DNA of 64,000 nt from an uncultured Gammaproteobacteria bacterium. GTDB lineage: Bacteria > Patescibacteriota > Microgenomatia > UBA8517. The stretch's first letter is position 1, and each line of letters opens with the position of its first letter. The stretch is from contig OZ246419.1 of the NCBI GenBank assembly GCA_965231135.1, forward strand, positions 577,488-641,487, read 5' to 3'. The notes below the pieces were generated by a model that was not told where the DNA came from, ran no database searches, and saw only the letters and a list, made by a program, of their open reading frames with translations. The position numbers and the translations under genes were made by a program. Positions 27,819-37,956 of this stretch are shown here, one piece after another.

Positions 27819-28985
27819 ATGAATATTGACGAAGTATTAACAAGGGGAGTAACAAATATAATTCCAAACAAACAAAAGTTGGAGGAGTTACTAAAATCTG
27901 ATAAGAAATTAAATATTTATTTTGGTGCAGATCCAACCGCAACACATTTACATATCGGTAATGCTGTAGGACTGCGAAAACTTCAGCAATTTGTAGAACT
28001 AGGGCATAACGTTAAATTTTTAATTGGAGACTTTACAGCGTTAATTGGCGATACATCAGACAAAGATACAGAACGGCCTGTTTTGACTTATGAACAAATA
28101 CAGCAGAATTTTAAAGATTATAAAAGGCAGGCTGAAAAGATATTGGATTTTTCAAAAGTAAACGTAGTTTTTAATAGCGAATGGCTTAAAAAACTTTCCT
28201 TTGAAGATATTATTAAACTTTGCCAGCATTTTTCTTTTGGAGAATTTGCAAGCCGGGAACTTGTTGCCAAACGCCTTAAAGAAGGGAAAAAAGTTGGACT
28301 TCATGAAGCACTTTATCCAGTTATGCAAGGCTATGACAGCTGGCATCTTAATACTGATATCCAACTTGGCGGAGCAGACCAAACTTTTAATATGCAGGCG
28401 GGAAGAATTTTACAAAGAGATTTGCGAGAAAAAGAAAGTTTTATTCTTGTGACAGGATATTTGGAAGGAACTGATGGGCGCAAAATGAGCAAATCCTGGG
28501 GAAATGCGATATGGATTGATGATAATCCATATGAAATGTACGGAAAGGTTATGAGTGTTCGCGATGATTTAATTGTTACATATTTAACACTTGCTACAAA
28601 TTTAGCCGATGAGAAAATTGAAGAAAAGAAAAAAAGACTTGCAGATAATGAAAATCCATCTGTAATTAAAAAAGAATTAGCTTTTCAAATTGTAAAAGAA
28701 TTGCATAGTGAAAAAGATGCAAAGGAAGCACAAGAAAAATTTGAAAAGACTTTTCAAAAAAAAGAGCCAGACTACGGAACACCTTTACCAAACCAAGGAA
28801 CAGTTATACAAACAATTGCGCCTTTTACCTCACTTTCAAGTATGTCAGAGGCAAAACGAATGATTAACGCAGGAGCAATTGAAATAAACGGTGAAGTTGT
28901 TAATAACGGAAATTACGAAACAAAAATTGGAGATAAAATTAAAATTGGTAAAAAAGTTTTTGGAACTGTTGTAGATAAAATTTAA
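27819..28985 (+). CDS. tyrS: tyrosyl-tRNA synthetase
   Basis: The HIGH motif 'THLHIGN' and the 'KMSKS' motif are present, with a C-terminal S4-like domain. Confidence 0.9.
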   Translation: MNIDEVLTRGVTNIIPNKQKLEELLKSDKKLNIYFGADPTATHLHIGNAVGLRKLQQFVELGHNVKFLIGDFTALIGDTSDKDTERPVLTYEQIQQNFKDYKRQAEKILDFSKVNVVFNSEWLKKLSFEDIIKLCQHFSFGEFASRELVAKRLKEGKKVGLHEALYPVMQGYDSWHLNTDIQLGGADQTFNMQAGRILQRDLREKESFILVTGYLEGTDGRKMSKSWGNAIWIDDNPYEMYGKVMSVRDDLIVTYLTLATNLADEKIEEKKKRLADNENPSVIKKELAFQIVKELHSEKDAKEAQEKFEKTFQKKEPDYGTPLPNQGTVIQTIAPFTSLSSMSEAKRMINAGAIEINGEVVNNGNYETKIGDKIKIGKKVFGTVVDKI

Positions 28986-29143
28986 TATGGATGATTACAA
29001 AGAATACAAATTAAAAAAGAAAAAACGAAAGAAAATTGTTGTAATTTTAGTTTTAATTGCTGGAATTGGACTTTTATTGACTTCATTCCTTCCATACTTG
29101 CCTTATTTGTTTTTAAGATGAGGCTGTTATAGAATAGCTCAAA

Positions 29144-29491
29144 ATGCTTGAGTCTCTAAAGGTAACCGAAATTTTGAGAAAAGAATTTTCATATAATTCA
29201 GAAGTTCCTACTGGCGCTATGAGATTATTAGTTGATGGTCAATATTTGGAAGCATTGGGCGAACTTTTACAACAACCAGAATATCAGGGATTAAGAATGG
29301 AAATACTAGCGGAACCAGGTCAACAATTTCTTCATGGAAATTTTATTTCTGTCGTTATCGATAAAGAAAAAAATAAAGGTTATAAATATATACAGATTCG
29401 CACAACCAAAGAAACTGGAGAGAAACACAATGACACTGATGCCTTGTATATAATATTCAGCAAAATAGATGCAAAACTGAAAAGAAAGTAA
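29144..29491 (+). CDS. hypothetical protein
   Basis: The ORF is 115 aa. Confidence 0.3.
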   Translation: MLESLKVTEILRKEFSYNSEVPTGAMRLLVDGQYLEALGELLQQPEYQGLRMEILAEPGQQFLHGNFISVVIDKEKNKGYKYIQIRTTKETGEKHNDTDALYIIFSKIDAKLKRK

Positions 29492-29518
29492 TTAGGCAAA
29501 GCTTGTTATAATGACTTC

Positions 29519-31501
29519 ATGGATTTAAGAACTGTAAAAGTTGATGAACTTCCTCTTGTTGGTCCTCAATATGCCAAAAAACTCGAGAAGCTTGGAATTT
29601 ACAATTTATGGGATTTGATGCATCATGTCCCTTTTAGATTTCTTGATTTTTCAAAAAGTAGTGCTATTTATAATTTACAAATTGGAGAAACTGCAACTAT
29701 TAAAGGTACTGTTACTAGCTTTGTAAATCAATACACAAAAAAAGGGAAGCCGATGCAGATAGTTACAATTGCTGATGATACAGGAAAAGTAAATGCAATT
29801 TGGTTTAATCAAATTTATCTAGCGAGAACTTTTAAAAAGGGAACAAAAGTAGCGATTGCCGGAGAATTAAATTTTATGGGACGAAACAAAGCAATTGTTG
29901 CTCCAGAATATGAAATTTTAAATGAAGAGGGAAATCAAATTCATACCGGAGGATTAATACCAATTTATAGTGAAACGGCGGGGATTTCTTCAAAATGGCT
30001 AAGGAGACGTATTCATGATGTATGGGAAAAATATGAAAATGATTTGCAAGAATTTTTACCTCAAAATGTTTTAGAAAAATATAATTTAATAGATTTTAAA
30101 ATAGCAGTTGCAAACGTTCATTTCCCAAAAAGTTTAGAAGAGTTTGAAAAAGGGAAAAATAGACTTGCATTTAATGAATTACTTTCGCTTCATAGTGTAA
30201 ATATGGCACGCAAAAAAGAATGGGAAGAAAACAAAATTAAAAAGGTATTAAAAATAAATAAAAATGAAATAAATAAGTTTATTAAAAATTTACCTTTTAA
30301 ATTAACCACTTCACAACAAACAGTAATCGATGAAATTTTAGATGATTTACAAAAAAATATTCCAATGAACCGTTTACTTGAAGGAGATGTTGGTAGCGGA
30401 AAAACAGTTGTTGCTGCAATTGGAATTTATGCAACTTATCTTAATAAAAGAAAAAGTGTTTTGATGGCGCCAACACAAATACTTGCTAATCAACATTTTA
30501 ATACTTTAAAAAGTTTATTTAAAAATACTGAAATCAAAGTCGGGCTTTGGACAGGAAGCGAAAAGACTGCGGAAGAATTTGACGTACTCATCGGGACACA
30601 TGCACTTCTTAATGCTAAAAATAAAATGAGATCTGTAAGTTTTATTGTTATTGATGAACAGCATAAATTTGGAGTAAAACAGAGAGAAAAATTAAATAAC
30701 AAAAGTACTTCTACAAAAGTAGCTCATATATTAACAATGACCGCAACTCCAATCCCAAGGACTGTTGCCTTAACTTTTTTTGGAGATTTATCTTTGTCAG
30801 TCTTAAATGAGTTGCCAAAAGGAAGACAAAAAATTGTAACCTGGGTTGTACCAAAAAACAAGCGAGGTAGCGGATTTAAATGGATTAAAACACAAATTAA
30901 AAATGAAAATATACAAGCATTTGTGGTTTGCCCGCTTATTGACGAAAGCGAAAATTTAATAGAAGTGAGCAAAGCTCGTCCCTTCGGGATAAAAGCTGCA
31001 AATAAAGAATATGAATACTTACAAAAAATGTTTCCAGATTTAAGGATTGGCTTACTTCACGGACGAATGAAGAATCGCGAAAAAGATGAAGCAATTAATG
31101 ATTTTAAAGCTGGGAAAATAAATATTTTGGTAGCAACTCCCGTTGTAGAAGTTGGTATAGATATCCCTAATGCAACAATTATGGTAATTGAGGCAGCTGA
31201 CAGATTTGGACTGGCAAGCCTTCATCAACTTCGCGGACGTGTTGGGAGAGGACAACTAAAATCATATTGCTTATTAATGAGCGAGAATGAAAGCGAAAAA
31301 TCTGGAATTAGACTAAATGCAATGACAAAAACTTCCTCAGGATTTGAACTTGCAGAGCTTGATTTGGCGCTTCGAGGCCCTGGAGAAATTTACGGAAACA
31401 AACAAAGCGGAATACCAGAACTTAAAATTGCAGATTGGAATAATTTACAAATGATCAAAGATGCAAGAGAAGTTGCAGAATTGACGCAATCTAGGCTATA
31501 A
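29519..31501 (+). CDS. recG: ATP-dependent DNA helicase RecG
   Basis: An N-terminal wedge/OB region is followed by the Walker A 'GDVGSGKTVVAA' and an SF2 helicase core. Confidence 0.9.
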   Translation: MDLRTVKVDELPLVGPQYAKKLEKLGIYNLWDLMHHVPFRFLDFSKSSAIYNLQIGETATIKGTVTSFVNQYTKKGKPMQIVTIADDTGKVNAIWFNQIYLARTFKKGTKVAIAGELNFMGRNKAIVAPEYEILNEEGNQIHTGGLIPIYSETAGISSKWLRRRIHDVWEKYENDLQEFLPQNVLEKYNLIDFKIAVANVHFPKSLEEFEKGKNRLAFNELLSLHSVNMARKKEWEENKIKKVLKINKNEINKFIKNLPFKLTTSQQTVIDEILDDLQKNIPMNRLLEGDVGSGKTVVAAIGIYATYLNKRKSVLMAPTQILANQHFNTLKSLFKNTEIKVGLWTGSEKTAEEFDVLIGTHALLNAKNKMRSVSFIVIDEQHKFGVKQREKLNNKSTSTKVAHILTMTATPIPRTVALTFFGDLSLSVLNELPKGRQKIVTWVVPKNKRGSGFKWIKTQIKNENIQAFVVCPLIDESENLIEVSKARPFGIKAANKEYEYLQKMFPDLRIGLLHGRMKNREKDEAINDFKAGKINILVATPVVEVGIDIPNATIMVIEAADRFGLASLHQLRGRVGRGQLKSYCLLMSENESEKSGIRLNAMTKTSSGFELAELDLALRGPGEIYGNKQSGIPELKIADWNNLQMIKDAREVAELTQSRL

Positions 31502-31510
31502 TTGCCTTAT

Positions 31511-31669
31511 ATGACACCGTTACCAAAGAAAAAGCACACAAGAAGCAGAAGCAACCAACGAAGACACAATGCTTATAAAGTTACATTACCATCTTTGGTG
31601 AAATGTAAAAATTGCGGGAAATTAAAATACCCACATAAAGTTTGTCCACATTGTGGAAGTAAAGCTTAA
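31511..31669 (+). CDS. rpmF: 50S ribosomal protein L32
   Basis: The 52-aa ORF reads 'MTPLPKKKHTRSRSNQRRHNAYKVTLPSLVKCKNCGKLKYPHKVCPHCGSKA' with a CxxC...CxxC zinc ribbon. It is absent from the ORF track because it is short. Confidence 0.8.
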   Translation: MTPLPKKKHTRSRSNQRRHNAYKVTLPSLVKCKNCGKLKYPHKVCPHCGSKA

Positions 31670-31672
31670 TAG

Positions 31673-32023
31673 ATGAAAACTGCGTCTGATCCGAGGCATA
31701 AACTACGTAGAAAAGTTATAAAAGAACTTTTTGCAAATGAATTTCATAGTCAGGATTCTTCGGAAACAACTAAAAGAATTTTACAAAATATTGATGCAAT
31801 TGATTTAAAAATTACTGTTGCTGCTCCTGAATGGCCAATTTCTAAAATAAATAGAGTAGATCTAGCTGTTTTGCAGCTTGCAGTTTGGGAAATTATGGAC
31901 GGCAAAGCTCCTGAGAAAGTAATTGTTGATGAGGCGATAGAACTTGCAAAAGAGTACGGATCCGAAAGTTCACCCGGGTTTGTAAACGGAGTACTGGGAA
32001 CAATCTTGAAAAATGGTAAATAA
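31673..32023 (+). CDS. nusB: transcription antitermination factor NusB
   Basis: 'RVDLAVLQLAVWEI...AIELAKEYGSESSPGFVNGVL' matches NusB. Confidence 0.8.
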   Translation: MKTASDPRHKLRRKVIKELFANEFHSQDSSETTKRILQNIDAIDLKITVAAPEWPISKINRVDLAVLQLAVWEIMDGKAPEKVIVDEAIELAKEYGSESSPGFVNGVLGTILKNGK

Positions 32024-32684
32024 TTCTGAGGAAATTAAAATCTTATTTAAAAATAAAAGCTTATTTGAGCAGGCCTTGACCCATAAATCTGTCCTTAACG
32101 AAAACCCTGAAGTCCACGAATCAAACGAAAGACTGGAATTTTTAGGTGATGCGATTTTGGAATATGTTGTCACTGATTATTTATATAAAAAACTTCCAGA
32201 TAAAAGTGAAGGGTATCTGACAGCACTTCGAGCAAATATTGTAAATACTGTGAATTTGGCTAGATTTGCACGAAAAATAAACATAGGAGAAAAAATTTAT
32301 TTTTCAAAAGGAGAAGAGGAAAGTGCAAAAGACAAAGATAGCATCTTGGCAGATACAATTGAAGCAATTATTGGCGCAATTTATATTGATCAGGGATTAA
32401 AAATTGCCAATAAGTTTATTTTGGACAATATTTTGTTTGATCTGGATCAGAAACTTGAAGAACCATTAAAAGACGCGAAAAGCACGTTGCAAGAAATACT
32501 TCAGGCACAAAAGAAAGCAATTCCAAAATATAAAACAATAAAAATAACAGGCCCAGATCACGAAAAAGAATTCACAGTAGGAGTCATTGTCGACGGCAAA
32601 GAGATGGGAAGAGGAACTGGCAAAAATAAAAATAAAGCAGAGCAAAAAGCAGCTCAAGTTGCTTTGGAGGCATTAAAAGTTTAA
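32013..32684 (+). CDS. rnc: ribonuclease III
   Basis: The catalytic motif 'ERLEFLGDAILE' is followed by a C-terminal dsRBD. Confidence 0.9.
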   Translation: MVNNSEEIKILFKNKSLFEQALTHKSVLNENPEVHESNERLEFLGDAILEYVVTDYLYKKLPDKSEGYLTALRANIVNTVNLARFARKINIGEKIYFSKGEEESAKDKDSILADTIEAIIGAIYIDQGLKIANKFILDNILFDLDQKLEEPLKDAKSTLQEILQAQKKAIPKYKTIKITGPDHEKEFTVGVIVDGKEMGRGTGKNKNKAEQKAAQVALEALKV

Positions 32685-32694
32685 AATACAGCTT

Positions 32695-32913
32695 ATGGTA
32701 CAAATACGCCTTGCAAGAATTAAAACAAAAGGAGAACCTTTTTACAGAGTTGTTGTTGTTGATAGTAAAAAATCAACTCAAGCAGCTCCTCAAGAAGTCC
32801 TTGGATTTTGGAACAAAAGAGAAGGAAAAAAAGAAATAGACAAAAAAGCAATTGAAGCTTGGGTGAAAAAAGGAGCACAAGTAACTCCAGCAGTCGAAAA
32901 ATTAATAGCATAA
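32695..32913 (+). CDS. rpsP: 30S ribosomal protein S16
   Basis: The protein begins 'MVQIRLARIKTKGEPFYRVVVVDS'. Confidence 0.9.
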   Translation: MVQIRLARIKTKGEPFYRVVVVDSKKSTQAAPQEVLGFWNKREGKKEIDKKAIEAWVKKGAQVTPAVEKLIA

Positions 32914-32925
32914 GCATAACTTATT

Positions 32926-33159
32926 ATGATTGATTTACTTAAATTTTTAATCTCAAAAATTACCGGAAGTGAAGATTTTACCGTAACCGAAACTACAGAC
33001 GAAAGGGGAGAAGTTTTTGAAGTAAAAGCAGATCCAGCGATAATTGGACTTATTATTGGTAAAGAGGGAAAGACGATTAAAAATATAAGAAGAATTGCCT
33101 CAATAAAAGGAGTTTTTGATAAGAAAAGCGTCAATATTAAAGTTATTGAAAAGGATTAA
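32926..33159 (+). CDS. KH-domain RNA-binding protein (YlqC/UPF0109-like)
   Basis: The KH motif 'IIGKEGKTIKNIRRI' is present. The gene follows rpsP, as in many bacteria. Confidence 0.7.
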   Translation: MIDLLKFLISKITGSEDFTVTETTDERGEVFEVKADPAIIGLIIGKEGKTIKNIRRIASIKGVFDKKSVNIKVIEKD

Positions 33160-33817
33160 TTTTTCCTGTAGGCGAAGCTGAGGAGCTTGAAGTAATAGGA
33201 CTTACAATATTAGGAGTTATCGCAGCTAAGGTCTTTTGCTCGTCAGATGTGAGCATCTCGATTGGTTTATCAATTTGAGGTAATGTGGCAGGAAGAGGAG
33301 CCCAAAAAGAGAAAACGGTGGCAGTTAAGCTATAAACACTTTGAGAATTATCAATTTTTATCTCTCCAAAATGGATTAGCGGCGTTGAATTTTTAATATT
33401 ATTTATAAATGAAACAATTGAAGAATAATCTCCACTCACCTCAAAATCAATTTGTGATGAATTTACTCCTTGTTTTGCTGAATCAGGAAGATTGGTTGCC
33501 TGGATATTAACAATCAATAAATTGAGATTATTTGCTTGCGATTGAATTAATGAGATAGCTGGAAAAATAGAATTTGAAGAAGGCAGGGCGAGCAAGGCAA
33601 TTTGAGATTCATGGGTAGTAGTTTCATTTACAGAGCTAAGAGAATTGAGTTTTTGTTGCAGGGTTTTAAGTGAGTTATTTTCTGAATTTAAATTATTATT
33701 TAAACGATTCATGTTATCGAAAATGATTTTTCCAGAAATTAAAAATAATACAACTAAAATGATTAAGACAAGGATTGGTCCTGCTAAAAGTTTAAGATCT
33801 TTATCTAGGTTTTTCAT
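33143..33817 (-). CDS. pilO: type IV pilus assembly protein PilO-like
   Basis: An N-terminal TM helix is followed by a coiled coil. The gene lies downstream of pilM and pilN. Confidence 0.55.
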   Translation of the reverse strand: MKNLDKDLKLLAGPILVLIILVVLFLISGKIIFDNMNRLNNNLNSENNSLKTLQQKLNSLSSVNETTTHESQIALLALPSSNSIFPAISLIQSQANNLNLLIVNIQATNLPDSAKQGVNSSQIDFEVSGDYSSIVSFINNIKNSTPLIHFGEIKIDNSQSVYSLTATVFSFWAPLPATLPQIDKPIEMLTSDEQKTLAAITPNIVSPITSSSSASPTGKINPFQ

Positions 33818-33820
33818 GAT

Positions 33821-34345
33821 TTATAAAAAGGTAAATCTAATTGTGTAACCACTTTCCGGAAAAAAATTAAAGTCACTTATTGTTAAGCCCTTTAAAGAAA
33901 TGTTTGTAGAAAGAGAACTTAAAAAAGTTGCCATACCTATAGAGTCTGCACTTATCACGGAAAAGGTGTTTCCGACTGCGCCTGCTGTAATATTTTTAAC
34001 TGAAACGTTTGTCGGCAGACTTGCTAAGACTATGCTTGCTGATGAAAAATTATCGTAAATTTGAGAGTCAGAATTAACTATTTGGATTTTATCTGCACGA
34101 TCTTTCAATACAAAAAGAGTATTTTCTGTGTTTTGTAAAGCTTTTATTTTTTGTGTAACAACAGTTTCCTCGTTTACAGTACTTTGCACTCTAGTTGTAA
34201 AAAAAAGAAGAACTATGGTTCCCAGTAAACTAGCGAAAAGGAAAATACTAAAAAAAATAATGATTATTTTTTTAAGATTCGTTGATGCTTTTGCGCTTCC
34301 ACGGCTTGGCGAAAGGTCAAGTGGCAAGAGATTTATTTCCGACAT
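33821..34345 (-). CDS. pilN: type IV pilus assembly protein PilN-like
   Basis: The N-terminal 'INLLPLD' motif is followed by a TM helix. Confidence 0.6.
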   Translation of the reverse strand: MSEINLLPLDLSPSRGSAKASTNLKKIIIIFFSIFLFASLLGTIVLLFFTTRVQSTVNEETVVTQKIKALQNTENTLFVLKDRADKIQIVNSDSQIYDNFSSASIVLASLPTNVSVKNITAGAVGNTFSVISADSIGMATFLSSLSTNISLKGLTISDFNFFPESGYTIRFTFL

Positions 34346-34346
34346 A

Positions 34347-35363
34347 TCATCCTTCCTTTAAAGCGAGCCCTACAGCTACAGAATAAAGAGGTGCATATGG
34401 ATTTAGACTTTGTTTCGTATTTTCATCGACAACCAGTTTGCTAAACGGATTTGCAATAACAACTTCGCTGCCAATTAATTTTGTGAGAGTTGTATTAATT
34501 TCTGGCAATCCAGCTGTCCCTCCTGAAATTTCTATTAAACTTGGCTGCTCTTCTCCTTCATCTGTTTGGTAAAAATGTACTGCCTTAGAAATGTTTTCAG
34601 TAATGATTCTAAAAACAGGAGAGATAGCGTTTGCAACTTTTCCTTCAAGCTGAGAAGGACTCAGTCCATAAGTTTTTTTATATTCATCAGCCTGTGAGGT
34701 ATTGACCCCAAAATTCTGAGCAACGGCTCTTGTAAAAGCATCTCCTGCTGTAGGAATTGTTCGGGTAAAAACAAGTTTTTCATTTTTAATGATACCAAGG
34801 TTAGTGGATTTTGCACCGAGATCTAGAATAACAATTGTCTGACCAGGAACACTAAGTGCTCTGGTAAGCGCAAGTAATTCTGTTTCTACTCCCACCACAG
34901 TAAGTCCCGCCATTCCTAGAAGTTTGATGTATTTTTCAACTAATGCACGAGGTGCAGCGACTACCAACACGGAAACGAAGGGCGGTTGGGCATTTTCTTT
35001 GCGTTCTAAAACAACATGCTGGAAAATTGCTTCTTTGATCGGTATGGGAATAATCTCTTCTGCTTGCCATTTTACAGCAGAGGCAATTTCTTGATCTGTA
35101 AGAATGGGAAATTTAATGCTTCGAGTAAAAACAAGAGATTCAGGAAGAGAAATATTTACTTGTTTGGATGAAATTTTACTTGCTGCAAATAATCTTTTAA
35201 TTGTATCTGCAACGGTAACATATTCAGAGTTACTCTGAATTCTATCGATGCTTAAATCTTTGACACCAATAATACCAGCAGACTTAAGAACCGGCCTGCC
35301 TCCTTCCGACTTTATTTCAACCGCTTTTATTGTTACTGAACCAATGTCTAATCCTACGCTCAT
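34347..35363 (-). CDS. pilM: type IV pilus assembly ATPase-fold protein PilM
   Basis: The actin-like N-terminus is 'VGLDIGSVTIKAVEI'. Confidence 0.85.
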   Translation of the reverse strand: MSVGLDIGSVTIKAVEIKSEGGRPVLKSAGIIGVKDLSIDRIQSNSEYVTVADTIKRLFAASKISSKQVNISLPESLVFTRSIKFPILTDQEIASAVKWQAEEIIPIPIKEAIFQHVVLERKENAQPPFVSVLVVAAPRALVEKYIKLLGMAGLTVVGVETELLALTRALSVPGQTIVILDLGAKSTNLGIIKNEKLVFTRTIPTAGDAFTRAVAQNFGVNTSQADEYKKTYGLSPSQLEGKVANAISPVFRIITENISKAVHFYQTDEGEEQPSLIEISGGTAGLPEINTTLTKLIGSEVVIANPFSKLVVDENTKQSLNPYAPLYSVAVGLALKEG

Positions 35364-35367
35364 AATT

Positions 35368-36249
35368 TTATTTTGTTAATGAATTTGGCGAAAAAATTGC
35401 CGCGTCAAAAATTGACGGAATTCCGCCATATGCTTTTTCGACTTGAACTTTTCTTGTTGAACTGTCAACTGTACCTGTTGAATCTACCGTAAAGCCTTGT
35501 GCGGGCAGTGCGGTGTCTGTTTGAATAGCGATAGGCTGAGCATTATTATTATAAAGCATTTTTACTGTAATAAATTGGGGGCCATTACTTGCACTGTAAG
35601 TAGAATTAAAAGTTGCGTTTAAATCAAAACCTTCTAAATATTTAAAGGATGTTGTCCCAATTGTACAAGGGCAAGGATAGGTCGTTCCTGAGCCGTTATA
35701 AAAATTAGTTAATCGTCTTGTAGTATTTGGATCATAAATATTTTTAGCCACTCTAGCTGTGGAATAATCTCCTGGAGTTGCCAGATAATAAACTGTAACT
35801 TCTAAAGCGGGGGCTGTAGATGAGTTTGCATCAGTTGTTGCATCGTTAGGATTACCCCAAAGAATATTAAAATAACGACCCGTGTAACAAGGATTATTTG
35901 CATCGCATACTGTTATGCCGCTATCTGAGTGGGAAACAAGCCAAAAAATAGCTGAATCCTGAGGATAAATATTTGTAGGATAGATAAAAGCGGTGGCCCC
36001 AGCAGCAAGAGAAGTCACGTTTGAAGTAAAAGATGCACCGCCATTTAAATTACCTGTGCTTGCGGAATTTGTTACCAAGGATTCTTGGACACCTGATTCG
36101 GCAGCAGAAAGGGCGCGGATTGATTGTGATTCATCCGTACCAATTTTAATATCCGAAGTTGAAGCGGCAATAATAGATAAAACTACAGTAAGAACAACTG
36201 ACATGCTAAGAAGAACAATTAAAATAGCTTGGCCGGCTTCTCTCTTCAT
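35368..36249 (-). CDS. PilX-N-terminal-domain minor pilin-like protein
   Basis: 'AGQAILIVLLSMSVVLTVVLSIIAASTSDIKIGTDESQSIRALSAAESGV' resembles the PilX N-terminal domain. Confidence 0.45.
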   Translation of the reverse strand: MKREAGQAILIVLLSMSVVLTVVLSIIAASTSDIKIGTDESQSIRALSAAESGVQESLVTNSASTGNLNGGASFTSNVTSLAAGATAFIYPTNIYPQDSAIFWLVSHSDSGITVCDANNPCYTGRYFNILWGNPNDATTDANSSTAPALEVTVYYLATPGDYSTARVAKNIYDPNTTRRLTNFYNGSGTTYPCPCTIGTTSFKYLEGFDLNATFNSTYSASNGPQFITVKMLYNNNAQPIAIQTDTALPAQGFTVDSTGTVDSSTRKVQVEKAYGGIPSIFDAAIFSPNSLTK

Positions 36250-36285
36250 ATCTAAATCTAGTCTATCAATAAAATTTAACCTACG

Positions 36286-36780
36286 TCAATAACTTCTAAG
36301 AGTTATTTGGGTAGTTTCTGTAATTGGGGCGTTTTGGCCTTTTATATCGCTTGCTGTGATATTAATTAAGACTGAAGGCGGGGAGTTTGTGGTACCGTTC
36401 GTGCAGGTGAAAGAACAAGAACTTATAGAAATAGAGCCAGAAGTTAAACTTGCAGATGATGATGCAATATTGGAAACCTGGCCGTTTGAATTAATATCAT
36501 TGCAGCTAAAAGTAACAGGGTTTAAATTCTGGTCTATAAAACTTATTTGTGTTGCTGGTGCACCATTACATGTACTTGTTATTGATTGCGCGCCACGTAT
36601 TTGTCTCTCCATTGAACCTATAGCATAATCTAAATTCTGGCGCACAGAAGAAATTGCCGCTGATTTTGATGTGCCCTTTAAGGTGGAAATTACCGTTTCT
36701 GATACAACAATAGCAAGAACAGAGAAAACAATAATCACAACCATCATTTCGATTAATGTATAACCTTTATTTTTTTTCAT
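36286..36780 (-). CDS. type IV pilin / pseudopilin (prepilin-type N-terminal cleavage/methylation domain)
   Basis: The class III signal peptide is 'MKKNKG|YTLIEMMVVIIVFSVLA'. Confidence 0.75.
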   Translation of the reverse strand: MKKNKGYTLIEMMVVIIVFSVLAIVVSETVISTLKGTSKSAAISSVRQNLDYAIGSMERQIRGAQSITSTCNGAPATQISFIDQNLNPVTFSCNDINSNGQVSNIASSSASLTSGSISISSCSFTCTNGTTNSPPSVLINITASDIKGQNAPITETTQITLRSY

Positions 36781-37956
36781 TTAGTTTCCTGGATTATTAT
36801 ATAAGTATTGGACCTGTGCTGACGAGAGAGCATAATTAAAAATGTGTATATCGTCAAGCGTGCCTTTAAAATAACGTGTCGGAAAACTTGACCAACCAGC
36901 AATTTGTAATGCCACCCCGCTCGTTGAAGAAATAGAAGCATTACTTCCTGTACAAGTTCCTGCTGACTGTGGAGATCCATTGATATAAACGCTTCTTGTG
37001 GCACCGCTTTTGACAATAACTAATTGCTGCCAGGCACCTGCTGTCAGACTAAAAGGATTACTTGACCAGCATTGAAAGCCAGAAGAATTTTTCCAGCCAA
37101 AACTATAGTTAAGACCTGAGCCAGTTTGTTCGATACCAAAGCCGTTTCCAGAAGACTCTTTGCGTAAAATATCACTATTTACTGTCTGGGAAGAAGATGG
37201 ATTAATCCACAAGGAAATGCTTAAATCTCCTGTTAAATTAAGTATTCCAGAATCGGAAACAGAGACATATTGATTTGTTCCATTAAAATTAATCGCGCCG
37301 TTTGAAATACCAGTTGTCCAGGTTGGAGTATTTATTAATGATCCTGTATTTCCGTTTCCGCTGCTATCGCTTACGGTTGTTCCCGAGCCTTCGTTAAATT
37401 TCCAATATGCGATTGGAGCAGGAATGGGGGTTGCGGTTGGTGAAGGGCTCGGTAAAGAAGTCGGAGAGGAGGTAGGAACGGCAGCAAAAGTAGTTTGATT
37501 ATTAGAAAAAACAACAGTTACAGGCACAGTGTGTTTTCCTTGAGCATCTGACCAAGTGGTAGAAACTTCAGCTGTAATTGTGCTGTTGGTGTTTACAGTA
37601 AAGGATGCAGATCTTGTAAAAACTGTTCCAGAAATTAAACTTGAAGAATCACAGGTTCCAGCTTTTTGCCAGTATAGAGAATCAAGACACCAAATTGAAG
37701 AAGTTGTATGTCCAACAAAAGCCGTCCAATTAGCATCGCGTTCTGATTGCAACCATTCTATTGCTTGTTGAGTAAAGCGAGAGGCTTCTGTTTGGTTTCT
37801 AGAGAAGACCGAGGCACGAATTGAAACAGCAGCTAAACTAACAATTGCAATAAGCACCAAAGAGATTAAAGCCATAGCAACAACGACCTCAAAAAAAGAT
37901 TGGCCTTTATCCAGAGGGGACAAACTGTGTTTATTGTATGCTTCCATTTGATCCAA
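36781..37956 (-). CDS. minor pilin with a C-terminal LamG/concanavalin-like lectin domain (TTG start)
   Basis: The prepilin-like 'KG|QSFFEVVVAMALISLVL' is followed, in the C-terminal half, by 'GTLDDIHIFNYALSSAQVQYLY', which is typical of LamG domains. Confidence 0.55.
   Translation of the reverse strand: MDQMEAYNKHSLSPLDKGQSFFEVVVAMALISLVLIAIVSLAAVSIRASVFSRNQTEASRFTQQAIEWLQSERDANWTAFVGHTTSSIWCLDSLYWQKAGTCDSSSLISGTVFTRSASFTVNTNSTITAEVSTTWSDAQGKHTVPVTVVFSNNQTTFAAVPTSSPTSLPSPSPTATPIPAPIAYWKFNEGSGTTVSDSSGNGNTGSLINTPTWTTGISNGAINFNGTNQYVSVSDSGILNLTGDLSISLWINPSSSQTVNSDILRKESSGNGFGIEQTGSGLNYSFGWKNSSGFQCWSSNPFSLTAGAWQQLVIVKSGATRSVYINGSPQSAGTCTGSNASISSTSGVALQIAGWSSFPTRYFKGTLDDIHIFNYALSSAQVQYLYNNPGN

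Noticed and set aside
28987-29121. A 44-aa hydrophobic ORF (MDDYKEYKLKKKKRKK...) immediately after tyrS
   Set aside because: It is plausible as a small membrane protein but is too short and unsupported to call.
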